Both the position numbers and the translations under genes were made by a program. Under the pieces are notes generated by a model that did no database searches, was not told the origin of the DNA, and saw only the letters and a program-made list of their open reading frames with translations. DNA of 64,000 nt, taken from Pseudogymnoascus verrucosus. Taxonomy: Eukaryota. The DNA lies in the NCBI GenBank assembly GCA_001662655.1, contig KV460214.1. The stretch is one strand, 5' to 3'. Shown in pieces: positions 29,367 through 40,421 of this stretch; the stretch's first letter is position 1, and every line of letters starts with the position of its first letter.

Positions 29367-29927
29367 TCAGCTGGCCCCGTGTGAATCCCCTTTTGAATCT
29401 TCACTAGCAGCACCGCTGGCCTCCGCAGCTTTGGCTGCTTCAAGGGCCTCCGCTTTCGCATCATCCAAAGCCTTATACTTCCTCTTACTCTTCTTGCTTG
29501 CGCTGCTCTTCCTCTTAGCCTTCACATTTCCCACAATAGCCACTCGACTCTCCGGCCCCTTCTCCAGTAGCTCCACCCGCTCCGCCAACATCGCCCTCGC
29601 AATCTTCCGATTCTGGCTTCTTGATCGTGTCGCCTGCACTTTCAGCACAATGCCCGTGGGAAGGTGCTTGAGTTGTACAGCGGAGGAAGTTTTATTCTGG
29701 CGCACAAGTTAGTAGTCATTCGGTCTCCGAGCAATGGCAGGGTATCGTACAATTTTCTGACCGCCAGGGCCGGATCCGCAGAGGAACGCTTCAGTGAACT
29801 CTTCCTCGGGGATTGGCGCGGGGCGCTGCGGCATGGCTTTCACCAATCGAGGCGTGGCGGTTGATATGAGTCGTGCGGCTGCGTTGGCGCGCGGAGCCCA
29901 TGCGTGGGGTGTGAGGGCGCGCAGCAT
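29367..29927 (-). CDS. Mitochondrial RF-1-domain peptidyl-tRNA hydrolase / ribosome-rescue factor (C12orf65/MTRFR-like), 2 exons
   Basis: Presequence-like N-terminus; after removing intron 29750-29697, [46 protein letters not shown] (GGQ motif) and a Lys-rich tail; no codon-recognition domain. Confidence 0.9.
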
Positions 29928-30257
29928 GATTACTGGCTCAGCTCATATCTATCCGTAATCCGAGTTGACAGAGAGGATTGCTGTTAAACCCGGTGGTACA
30001 GTCCCTGTATTTGGTGGCGTCGTAAGGCGTGGGTTTCGAGACAAGGCACGAGGCTATCGGCGCCGCGAGGGCCGATATGCAGGGGTCCGGAATACGCATA
30101 CACCAGGGACGGGAAGTCAAAATCGCCAACTTCACATTGTCCAACTACAGAATTCAACGACTCGACGACCCCTCGCTCTGCCAATACGATATTATCTATT
30201 CTCACGACTCGCCCTAGGAAATATACTTGTTCAGCTATACCCTCGAAAAACGGCGCA

Positions 30258-30784
30258 ATGCCTTCCGAAACTTCCGTTGTCTCCTCGGGTTTCCGATGGC
30301 TCCAACGCAAGAGATATCAGTATGAAGTCACATTCAGTCTTTACATGTTGACGCCGACGGAGAAGTTCATCTTCAGTATGTCTACTCTACCCATTCTCCC
30401 GGTTCTATTGAGCCCAGATACCCCCGTCGCGCCCCTAAACCCGGCCGTTCCGCTGTCCTCGATCAAGGCCCCCTTTCCAAACCCCCAACCGCTCCGTCAC
30501 AAGACAAATGTTCCAGTTCCAGTGCTAATTACTCTCTAGACTCCTGCATATTCATCATCTTCTCCATGGTCCTTATTGCCGGCTGCCTCTACCTCCCGCA
30601 ACACATCACCTTCCTCATGAACCGGGCCTGGTTCTACTACCAAGGCGACGGGGACTCCAAGGACGCACTGTCCTCGAGCGTATCAGAGACAGTCGCGATG
30701 ACAGTGGGAGACCGACTCCGCGCTATAATTGAGACGGCGAGGGCCAGCGCAGCGACTGCGGCTCAGGCCCAGAAGGAGTTGTAG
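30258..30784 (+). CDS. Serine palmitoyltransferase small-subunit-like protein (DUF3317/SPT_ssu-like), 2 exons
   Basis: RWLQRKRYQYEVTFSLYMLTPTEKFIFNS...LYLPQHI signature with one TM helix; intron ~30376-30538. Confidence 0.88.
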
Positions 30785-31091
30785 TGGCATGGGGGCGTGG
30801 AATACACCCAACGAGACGGATGGATACGAGACGTACATACGGTACGGGGAGGTTAGAGGAAAGGAAGTGCCTGGCGCATGTATAAAATGGGCTGTTGTCT
30901 GATTATGGGACAGGGAGTTAGGGCGTCTTTACTGCAGTAGACGATGAGAGATGAGGGCTTTACTACCGGGACGGAAGCGCTCGATGGATATAATGTTTAA
31001 TGCACAGTGGGTAGAAATTGAGACGGTTCGGCATCAAGCCTATGTTACTTTATGTCAAAATGCGTTTGTCATTGTGTTCTATTACTACCCC

Positions 31092-33610
31092 TCAAGCTTT
31101 GGCAGCCGCCTCTCTCGCCGTCATCAAATGCTTCATCGTGTTATACATCAGCTCCCCCACCCCTTTGGCACCCTTCCGCTCCAAGTACGTCAGCACACCT
31201 AACCTATAATCTGCCCAACTAAGCTGCAACCCCCCATCTTTCCCTAGCGTAACCAAGCTCTTCTGTGTCACCGGGCCCGCGTGCCTGACCTTGATCCCGC
31301 CTCCTGCCTCATCCGCCTTATCCTCCAGCTCTCGCAGATACGAGATCGAGAGGTTGCAGAGGACGGGAGAATACGAGAGGGTGAATAGAGATGGCAGGGT
31401 GAGGCCAGTGTCTAGGGAGGAGACATACGATGTAAATTTCGGGAGTAGCGGAGGCGGAAGCAGGCAACCAAGGGCGTTCGTGTCTGTAGTATTGAACGCC
31501 CGCGAGCGCCACAGGCAGTTGCAGATGTCCATGAGGAAGCCGTTGAAATGGTTGACGTACTCTTTGGGGTATGATTCTGGGGATGGTCCTTGGGCTGGGT
31601 CCGGGCGCGCGGGGATGGGCTTCGACATCGCTGTCTCGAAGGTTCGTTTGTAGAGTGCGAGGATGGCGCAAAGGCGGGAGAAGGTTGATAGTGATGGTGC
31701 GAAGTGGAGTGTGTATACTAGAGCTGATGGTGGAGTTGTGATGCGCACATGTGCTTGGAGTGAGGGTTGACTGAGGAGACCAGCCATGGCTTCGTAGAAG
31801 CAGAGTACCGAGTGATGAGTGATGGTGCTCTGTAAATGGCCTGTTTGGACTATCGTTAAAGCCAAAACATTAACGTGCGAGGTAAGAGCGCTAATTGTGG
31901 TACTTGTGAAGGCTGGTGGGGTGCTGGAGAGAAGAGAAGAAGTCCAGTTTCTGAGGATGGAGGTGTAGAATGTAAGAAGATCTGTCTGCGAATTCGGGGT
32001 GTCATCTAGAATTGCCCATTCCAGCGGCTGAAAAGTTGATAAATAGAGTTCTAGAAAATATTAACATCATGGTGACCCCTTATAGCGAGCGTGTCCATAC
32101 CTTCAAATGGAGCAATATGAGTATAGGAAAGGAGATCGAGCACAACCGCGCGCCCTGTAACCCCATTCCAGTCTTCGAGTAGGGAATGGAGATATTTAGC
32201 ACAAGCCGGTGGGAGATCCTAACCTGTTAGTACGGATTCGAAGGTGTGATTTTGATGTAGACCTACTTTTGTGAATCGAGTATACTCCAATATTGAAGCC
32301 AACATGTCCACAAGAGCGCCCTCCGATGACCCATCCCCCTCTAGCTGGTCTTCAAAGAATGCCATGAGCCAGTTATCCACTCGCTGCCTCACCGCATCGG
32401 TAGATTTCAACTGCAGGAGCTTTTGCAGTAGCGGGTCACCCATGACAGCTACCAATTGGTTGGGCAGTTCTATCTTCTCGAGCTCGGCAACAAAGCCGTT
32501 GGCATTCTCAATTTCTTCCAATGTCACCGATGTCTGCATCAGTTAGCAAACCACCCAGGCTCGATCGTTGTGCGCATGCTTACCTCTTGAGCATTAGAGG
32601 TGTGCACCTCTGGTATCACAGAGACTCTGCTTCGCTTTACCCCATTTATGCCACGTCTCACAACTCGGAAGGTGTCTCGTCGAGTTTGTTGTTCGTCCAC
32701 AGTCTTCTGAGCATGCGCTTCTTGGATTTCTGCCAACCTAGCTTTCCATTCTGGATTTGGATGCTGTAAACTATTAGATGTGGTATCGTTTGGGCAAGGC
32801 TATTTTGGTTTTACCGTAAACACCGATGCTCTTCCCGCTGTCAGCTGGCCAACAATGACATCTGGATAATAGTCCTTGTATACTCTGATGAGCCCAACGA
32901 GTGGTGGTTCACTACCAGCACGCCTTGCTAATTCCAATCTAGGCCATGTCAGCTGTCAGGCTTCAAGTTTGTAGCGCATTTACTTACAGAGATTGAATTC
33001 GGAATGGTCTCACGTGTTTTCGGCGAGTAATCAGCGACAGGAGATGGCATAGGGGCGCTCTGCTTGCTTTTAGCATCTGAAGACAGAAGATGACGGAGCG
33101 AAATAAACCTTATGGCAATTGTATCGAGCAGGTTAAACAGGAAGCTGTATGCATGAGACAATATCTTCGGGTTCCTAATGGAGTCGTAGACCATAACCAG
33201 CCACTTCAACAGCAATGACTGCACCGGAAAGGCCACTCTGGATTGCCCATGGCCCACAGAGCCTATAACTTTCACAAGGGTATCGTCCGATATTTGTGCG
33301 GCTGGGTACAAGTTTCTGATGATGTTCGCGATGCTCGCCTGGTCGAGCTCATTTGGCAGCGTTACGATGTCAACAAGCTCATCCAAGGACGCTTCGGACA
33401 GCCCATCCTCAAAGGCCTTGCTTGCTACTCTTTCTACTGTCCCATTGATTTTCACAGCCCTTTGTTTCGCCGGTATCTGAGCAGCTATAATTCCCAATTA
33501 GTACACGTGACCAGACGCGGTTCTTCTTGACGCGACTTGCCATGGTTGAGGTCTGTCAACAGGAGTTCAATTGTCTTCCCGTCATCTTCGGGTGGAGGAG
33601 AAGACTGCAT
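31092..33610 (-). CDS. mis6: Inner kinetochore protein CENP-I (Mis6/Ctf3 family), 8 exons, first intron GC-AG
   Basis: IPAKQR, LDQASIANIIRNLYP, LLKWLVMVY, LCHLLSLITRRKHVRPFRIQ, IELPNQLVA, FNGFLMDICNCLWRSRAF, HAGPVTQKSL, GVGELMYNTMK motifs. Confidence 0.92.
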
Positions 33611-35867
33611 TATGATATCCTTGACATTATCCACCGTGATTTTTCTTGTATGAACGTGACTTTATATAGTATGATACATATGTTGGGTGTTTTGGTGATG
33701 CGCTGTGTTCTAGTGCACAGTGCTGTAGTCGCCCTGCATCTCATGTTACACAAGCACAACCACAATAAGTTAACCACAAGCGAATCAAATGGGCACAACC
33801 AACCAACATCTATGAAACAATTTTCCCCCGATTATTTTGGGCGCTTATATCCTTTATTTACAGACTCTTCTCCTAATATCTGGTACTGTGTCTCTGTATC
33901 GCGATTTACATTTCTTATACTCGTAGAAGGTCTTTACAGTCTCTCTACTATCTGGGTCAACTTTATGCGTACTATTATCCAATTTGCCACCCTATTTATG
34001 CTCATATAGTGTTGAAGAGAGCCTAGTGTTTCTTCTGGCGGTCAAGTGTGCAGAGTAATGTGTGCGTCTTCTCTTCGTGCAGGTCGACTTGACGCCCAGA
34101 GAGTAATTTTGACGAAGACTCAGCTGTGCTCTTCTGGAGCATGCACAGCCGTTTCAGAGGCAGCATGAGAATGACAGCGAAAGCTGAAAGACCAGCTCGA
34201 TCGCCAACTGCTTGGTCTCCAACATACAGGCGAGATTGGCCAACCATTAGTATTCCCCAGCGGAGGTTCTAAGTTCGCTTCCATGCTGATCAATGTGGTC
34301 CGATAGATCAACCCCCGCAGTATTAGCAGCCTATGGCATATCAAACATATGTGGCGTTCGTCGGTATCCGGCATGCCCGATGAAGGCGCATGTGGCTTGT
34401 GGGACAGTTGCAGCTGTCGATGCCATATCTGATAATACTGACGTAGCTGACGACACCGAGCCCAGCTGCTACCTACAATGGAGGTACTGTACATTAGAAC
34501 CTAAGGAAAACTCATATCGGTGTCAGATGTCAAGAACTCTACTATTCATCTACGCGACCGAACTCTCGCTGCGCTGTACAGGGAAAGGGTAGCGGATTTG
34601 TGTCTCGGAGACAGCTTGGACGTCAAATACTTGGGAACCAGATATGGTCAAAGCGACCGAGACATATGAGAAGAATACCGTTTTTCTCTCCTTCTGGAAT
34701 ATATCCCGAGGAGCGATACCACAGGTGGCAGATGGGAGATACTTGTATTCCAAATCGTACTGTACGACCTGGGGCCGTATATCTCGCCAATGCACGTCCA
34801 GGGATCTTGTTGACCCGAAAACCGAAACGCCCTTTCCACGTTCCCAGCTGCCGGGACGGGATGGGGTATGGGATTTAGGAGTTGGGATGTTAGGTTTCAC
34901 AAGCATCTCAAGTATCCCCAGGCGAGAAGCATGGTCCACTACCATATGGTGGCGTTCTGTGTTCTACGGCACAGTACAGGGTACCTCTGACCAAACTGCA
35001 GACTCACGCAACCACCAAGGTGTCCAGGAGGTTCCCAAGACCCTTTCTCGTACGTTTTCCACATATTCTTTCCATCTTGCTTACGCTTTACCGCCTAGGG
35101 AAGCCAATATACTTAGTGTTGTACCACCCCGGGTGACCACGCTCACCCTGGCTGTCAAAGCTTGGCCCGAAGTGAATCTAGGTTCTAGGTTATGTAGCCC
35201 AACTATGGGTCCAGCGGTCCTGAAGAATATTCGGGGGAAGGCTGTAACGGTTTAGTATCGGCTCATACTGATCTAGCTGTCCAGGACGATTCCCATGCAC
35301 TACAGCTACGGATTACCGCAAATGGCTTGGGCGAAATACCAATAGGTAGAAAATCAGAAACAGCCCCGATTTAACACTGTGTTGCGTTGAGTTGCTGCCA
35401 AATCCTCCACCTTACTCGCGCCACTCCGTGAAGGGCCAATAGGTAGCCAAGGAACTATGGCCCGTTCCTGACAGAAAGCCTGGCTAGCTGAACCAAGCTA
35501 TATCGTGTCACTAAGCCATTTCAATCATACGCTCAGTCTCAGCATAGACCATCTGTGTGGGAACGTTATCCAGTGTAATCACAGGCAGATCTTCTGCGAG
35601 CGGTAGGCCAGTTCTCGAATGCGCGAATGCATAGTATGCTTGGGTTTCAATTTAACCACATCAGCTGGCTAGGCAGTTTACTTTCAATGTCCACAATCGG
35701 CATAGCAGCGCAGCATCCGCGGTTAGCCTGGTCTTATCTAATTTACACAATGCGGGCAATATTAATATGAGGGCGGTATCAAACTTTGGTTATATCTTCT
35801 CTCATTATCACAATATTCTTCTCATCCACGTTCAGGTTTTCAAGCGTTACCAACATTTGATTACAAC

Positions 35868-36542
35868 ATGTCGCCCAGTATGAACGAGTCTCCGGAGGCC
35901 CAGCAGGAAAGGGGCGAGGAGTTAGTATTCCTTTATTATTCCCTCGATGATTTTAGGGCATGCTGCTGACATGCGCTTGTCAGGAATGGCGCAAGACATC
36001 CGCGGCAATCCAACGGCGTAGGGCTGAACTCGCCTCCCACGCAAAATGGGGGACACACCTCCCTTCTTGCCAGAGATGCCACGAACTCATTAGCTATCAT
36101 TGGAGACCTAGAAGACACCGACGTTATTCTCATCTTGGCCCCTTACGTGCCACAAATTAGTGGGAACCCAGATGATACTTCTGACCCCTTTGAGTGGCTT
36201 GGTCGGGCTCTCGAGTCGCGCCACAGTCGAATTCGGCACCGACCTTACGACAACAGCAGTGGCATCACAGGCATCCATCGCCAATTCATCACACAGTCGA
36301 AAGTGATTATTCTCGTGTTAGCCGACGGTGAGGCTGCAGGCCAAACACCTCAGATCAACGTCGAACACGCGCATGTTACAGTAGCTACCGCTGGAGATGA
36401 TAAGAGGGTAATTATTGTCGTAGCTGATTCGTCACTGGAGTCATGGCGGCGTCTCGACGATTTCCCAACTGTCATCCAAGCAGCAGATTATTCACCCGCC
36501 AGCCTTGAAAGGACGGTGTCGGTCATATTCAGAGAATTTTGA
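35868..36542 (+). CDS. Hypothetical protein resembling an isolated GH3 C-terminal (alpha/beta sandwich) domain, 2 exons
   Basis: ATG 35868, GTTAGT...GCTGAC...CAG intron (~35921-35983) joins in frame to VILILAPYVP...DPFEWLGRALESRHSRIRHRPY...SKVIILVLADG...KRVIIVVADS...DYSPASLERTVSVIF*. The domain call is by visual similarity only. Confidence 0.7.
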
Positions 36543-36640
36543 GGATGCCCCCCATCCTAGCCAAGGAATATGCCCTGTGTTCGGTCATATTCGGGGAATC
36601 CTGAGGGCAGCCCCCCTGCTTGTCGAAGAATCTGCCGTGC
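36519..36640. repeat. Degenerate 62-bp tandem duplication spanning the stop codon of the GH3-C-like gene
   Basis: TCGGTCATATTC at 36519 and 36581, each followed by similar GAAT..TGAGG...CCCCCC...GAAT.TGCC sequence. Confidence 0.75.
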
Positions 36641-37489
36641 CTCTCACGATCCCTGCTGCACTATTTTGAAAATTTGCTCCCGCCGTTAAGATGTTTTCTG
36701 GGGTTTATATACTCTCTGGACAATGCTCAAGAAAACTACCAAATGGTTTAATGTGCCAGAGGCCGCTAGTACCCCTGACTTCCAGCTGCCGGAGCCCACG
36801 AATTCTCGGGAGCAAGACGAGGAGTTCCAGATCCTGTCTAAACTACAATACGGCAACGAAACAGAAGGGGGTGGTGTTGTTTCAACACCGATTTGGATGG
36901 ATTACTGGTATGTGAGACCAGCAATTCGCTGCGGATAGAATTGCAATCTTGATATGAATAGAGCATAAAATGACTGGAGTATTACGGGGATATAAAATTT
37001 GTTTAAGGGAATTCAGGGGTTAGTCTACTATAGGAGGCAGTATGTACTGTAGAACAGCGTACGGCGAAGCTTATGGCAAATTGTCTCACTTTCAAGTTAC
37101 ATATGGTGAAGTAAGCTGTTTCGGAGAGTTGATCTCTGACTTCCTTGTATGACGTGGCAAGTGGCATGGGTTTTTTTATTCCTTCATTCCCCCCACGAAA
37201 AAAAAAGGCGTTGACTATATCTTGTAGATACTATGAAATTCCATTTACCCGACTTATTCTTGTAGCGAGGTGGGGGATGAACGCTGAAGCGATAATGATG
37301 TGTTGCATCATTGTGTTGCCCCGCATCCCACATCCCACCAAAGAACCCCCCCCGATCCCGGACTGCCCCGCCGACAATTCTTGGTGGAAATCCTCCATAC
37401 ACCGACTATGACTACGTAGTGCTGTTGCCCCGGACTTTAATCTATAAACAACAATCATTGAAATATCACAAATTGAAGATATTGCCATC

Positions 37490-38947
37490 ATGTCTTCTTT
37501 CACTGATAAGTAAGATGCCTCATATGCTCTGGTAACTAATTACGATGGATAGCTGATGCATACTTTATAGGAAGGTTCTTATGCTCGGAGCTGGGTTTGT
37601 GACTCAACCGACTCTCGATGTCCTCAGCGACGCTGGAATCCAGGTCTCTGTTGGTATGGATATCTTCGAGCTTCATTATTGAGCCATCACTTACATCCCC
37701 CAGCTTGCCGTACTCTCGAAAGCGCGAAGAAGCTCGCCGAAGGTGTCAAGAACGCCCAGGCCGTCTCTGTCGACGTCAACGACGCAGCTGCCCTCGACGC
37801 CGCTGTAGCCAAGCACGACCTTGTCATTTCCCTCATCCCATACACTTTCCATGCAAAGGTCATCGAGTCTGCGATCCGCAACAAGAAGCACGTCGTCACA
37901 ACCAGCTATGTCTCCCCAGCCATGCTGGAGCTCGACCAGGCTGCCAAGGATGCCGGAATCACAGTCATGAACGAGATCGGTCTTGACCCCGGAATCGATC
38001 ACTTGTACGCCGTCAAGACCATCGAGGAGGTTCACGCCCAGGGTGGAAAGATCCTTTCCTTCCTGTCATACTGTGGTGGTCTTCCATCCCCAGAGAACTC
38101 CGACAACCCGCTCGGATACAAGTTCTCCTGGTCGTCCCGTGGTGTCCTCCTTGCTCTTCGCAACGCTGCCAAGTACTACAAGGATGGCAAGATTGTTGAG
38201 ATCGAGGGCAAGGAGCTGATGGCTGCTGCCAAGCCATACTTCATCTACCCTGGCTACGCCTTCGTTGCCTACCCCAACCGCGATTCCACCCCATACAAGG
38301 AGCGCTACAACATCCCCGAGTGCCAGACCATCATCCGCGGTACTCTCCGTTACCAGGGCTTCCCCGCCTTCATCAAGGTCCTCGTCGACATGGGCTTCCT
38401 CTCTGACGAGCCCGCTTCCTACCTCACCACCCCCATCGCCTGGAAGGATGCCACCGCCCAGATCCTCGCGGCCAAGTCCGGCAGCGAGGCTGATCTCATC
38501 GCCGCTATCAAGACCAAGGCCAGCTTCTCCAGCGAGGAGGAGGAGGCTCGTCTTATCTCCGGCCTGAAGTGGATTGGTCTCTTCTCCGACGAGGCCACCA
38601 TCCCCCGCGGCAACCCTCTCGATACCCTCTGCGCCACCCTTGAGAAGAAGATGCAGTTTGAGGCCGGCGAGCGTGATTTCGTCATGCTCCAGCACAAGTT
38701 CGAGATTGAGCACAAGGACGGCCGCAAGGAGACGAGGACGTCGACCCTGTGCGAGTACGGTGACCCTAAGGGTTACAGCGCCATGGCCAAGACCGTTGGT
38801 ATTCCCTGCGGTGTGGCTGTTAAGCAGGTGCTTGATGGTACTATCAGCGAGAAGGGTGTGTTGGCGCCGATGTACGGCAAGCTCAACAACCCGCTCATGA
38901 AGGAGCTCGAGAAGTACGGCATCACCATGGTCGAGAAGACCATCTAA
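37490..38947 (+). CDS. LYS9: Saccharopine dehydrogenase (NADP+, L-glutamate-forming; saccharopine reductase), 3 exons
   Basis: KKVLMLGAGFV Rossmann start, ISLIPYTFH, VTTSYVSP, MNEIGLDPGIDHLYA, SYCGGLP, NPLGYKFSWSSRGVLLA, RGTLRYQGF, SAMAKTVGIPCG; strong C-ending codon bias. Confidence 0.98.
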
Positions 38948-39163
38948 GATACCATTTAGAAGGCTGGGAACTGGGGTAAAATGAGCTCTTAAATAGCTCT
39001 AGGTTAAACAAAATGCCATTGATTTATTCCGCGGTTGGTGCTCTCACGTCTCCCACTCCATGCAGCAAAATATTATAGGTCTTATCAGCTACGGTATATG
39101 TCATGTCATTACAAATATATAAATACAGAGCCCTCCCTAAGGCTCGCAAAGCCCACATAATGC

Positions 39164-39689
39164 CTACTCTCGACGCTCTCGTCCAAAGCAGAGCATATTT
39201 CCCGCCTCTGATTGCCGAACAGCCTCCATTCGATGTCGAGGTTTCTACTGATATCAGCTCCAACCACACAGGGAAACCTGTAACGAGTGCAGGCAGACTA
39301 ACCGGCTGAATGTGATGAGGCCGCGCCCAAGCCATCCCCATATGCAAACCCTGCGCCTGGGCGTGCCCTGATGACACAGTAGGCGAATACTGTAGTGGTG
39401 TTGCAGCGCCGGAGGATCCGGAGCCAGAGCTAGAGCTAGAACCGTAAGAAGATTCTGGTAATGGTCGACGGCGAGAGCTTGACCCTCTGGCGCTACGAGT
39501 TGGGGGGTTGTCACGGTATGGCATCATGTCTGTGATCTCGCCGGCGACGTTTATGGGCTGGACGGTTTGGGTAGCGCTGGGATGGGGACCGCCCATCCCG
39601 TTGTGAAGTGCTAAGGCTTGGGAGGTATATGACGGTGAGGAGCGTGACGTCGAAGATGTGATAGGATCCGAATCAGCCGATTTGCCCAT
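39164..39689 (-). CDS. Orphan Ser/Pro-rich hypothetical protein (probably 2 exons)
   Basis: AAAATGG start, open frame MGKSADSDPITSS...HHIQP, then a GTTAGT...GCTGAT...TAG intron candidate giving KPRHRMEAVRQSEAGNMLCFGRERRE*; unspliced, the frame runs to 39024. No recognisable domain. Confidence 0.4.
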
Positions 39690-40421
39690 TTTGGTCGTTT
39701 CTGTGCTGATATGGGTGGGAGGAATCAAGAGAGCAACGAGGTTGTTTTGGAATTGAATGAAGCAGACGAGACTGGGAGAGATAATATGAGAGCATAGATT
39801 ACCTTGCATGCCACCCATATCTTACCTCATATGGACCCTACCGAGGTGAGTTTACGTAGGTTCATAGTCTCGCGACCAGAGAAATGGGATCGAGGGTTCT
39901 CTAAAATCATACGAGATGCTTACATCAACGAAGAGTGCCTAGCTTTCTAAGTACAGATAAAGCTCACGAATACTTGAGTAGCAGCCAATTATTTTGATTG
40001 ATTTATTATTTCGAAAAAGATTGTTTAAAGAGCCTCAGGCCAGCCGGTCCCACGAAGTAATGGCAAATACCAAAACATGGCATTTTGATAAAGTTGGACC
40101 CCAGGGTGTTGAAGAAAGCTGTTTCATCTGATGGGAATGCCTAAATGTGTCTAGCGGCGGGAAGGGGCTTGGCAGTGCTTTGGGTTGCACAGCACTGTGG
40201 GGTCGGCAACTTCCGGTCGCAACCACAAATATCCGCGATAGGAGTGGCAGGATCGCAACCATCAAGAGCTCCCTAACATAGCTCTGAACCGTTTGTCAAC
40301 GAACCCGATTTCTTGTACGAAGCTTATGATTCGATTCGTTATGGTTTCGCGATACATATAGAATAATCAGCATCAACCTTCCAGCCAATTCCGCTGAGCA
40401 ACCGCACCTCCAAATGACAGT

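Noticed and set aside
33700..35800. ORFs 33527-34009, 34120-34494 and 34644-35255; possible TE remnant
   Set aside because: No recognisable protein motifs, terminal repeats or clear RIP signature; the region remains unexplained.
37100..37490. Gcn4/CpcA or Lys14 sites upstream of LYS9
   Set aside because: Only imperfect TGACTA/TGACGT matches; the exact TGACTCA lies in coding exon 2.
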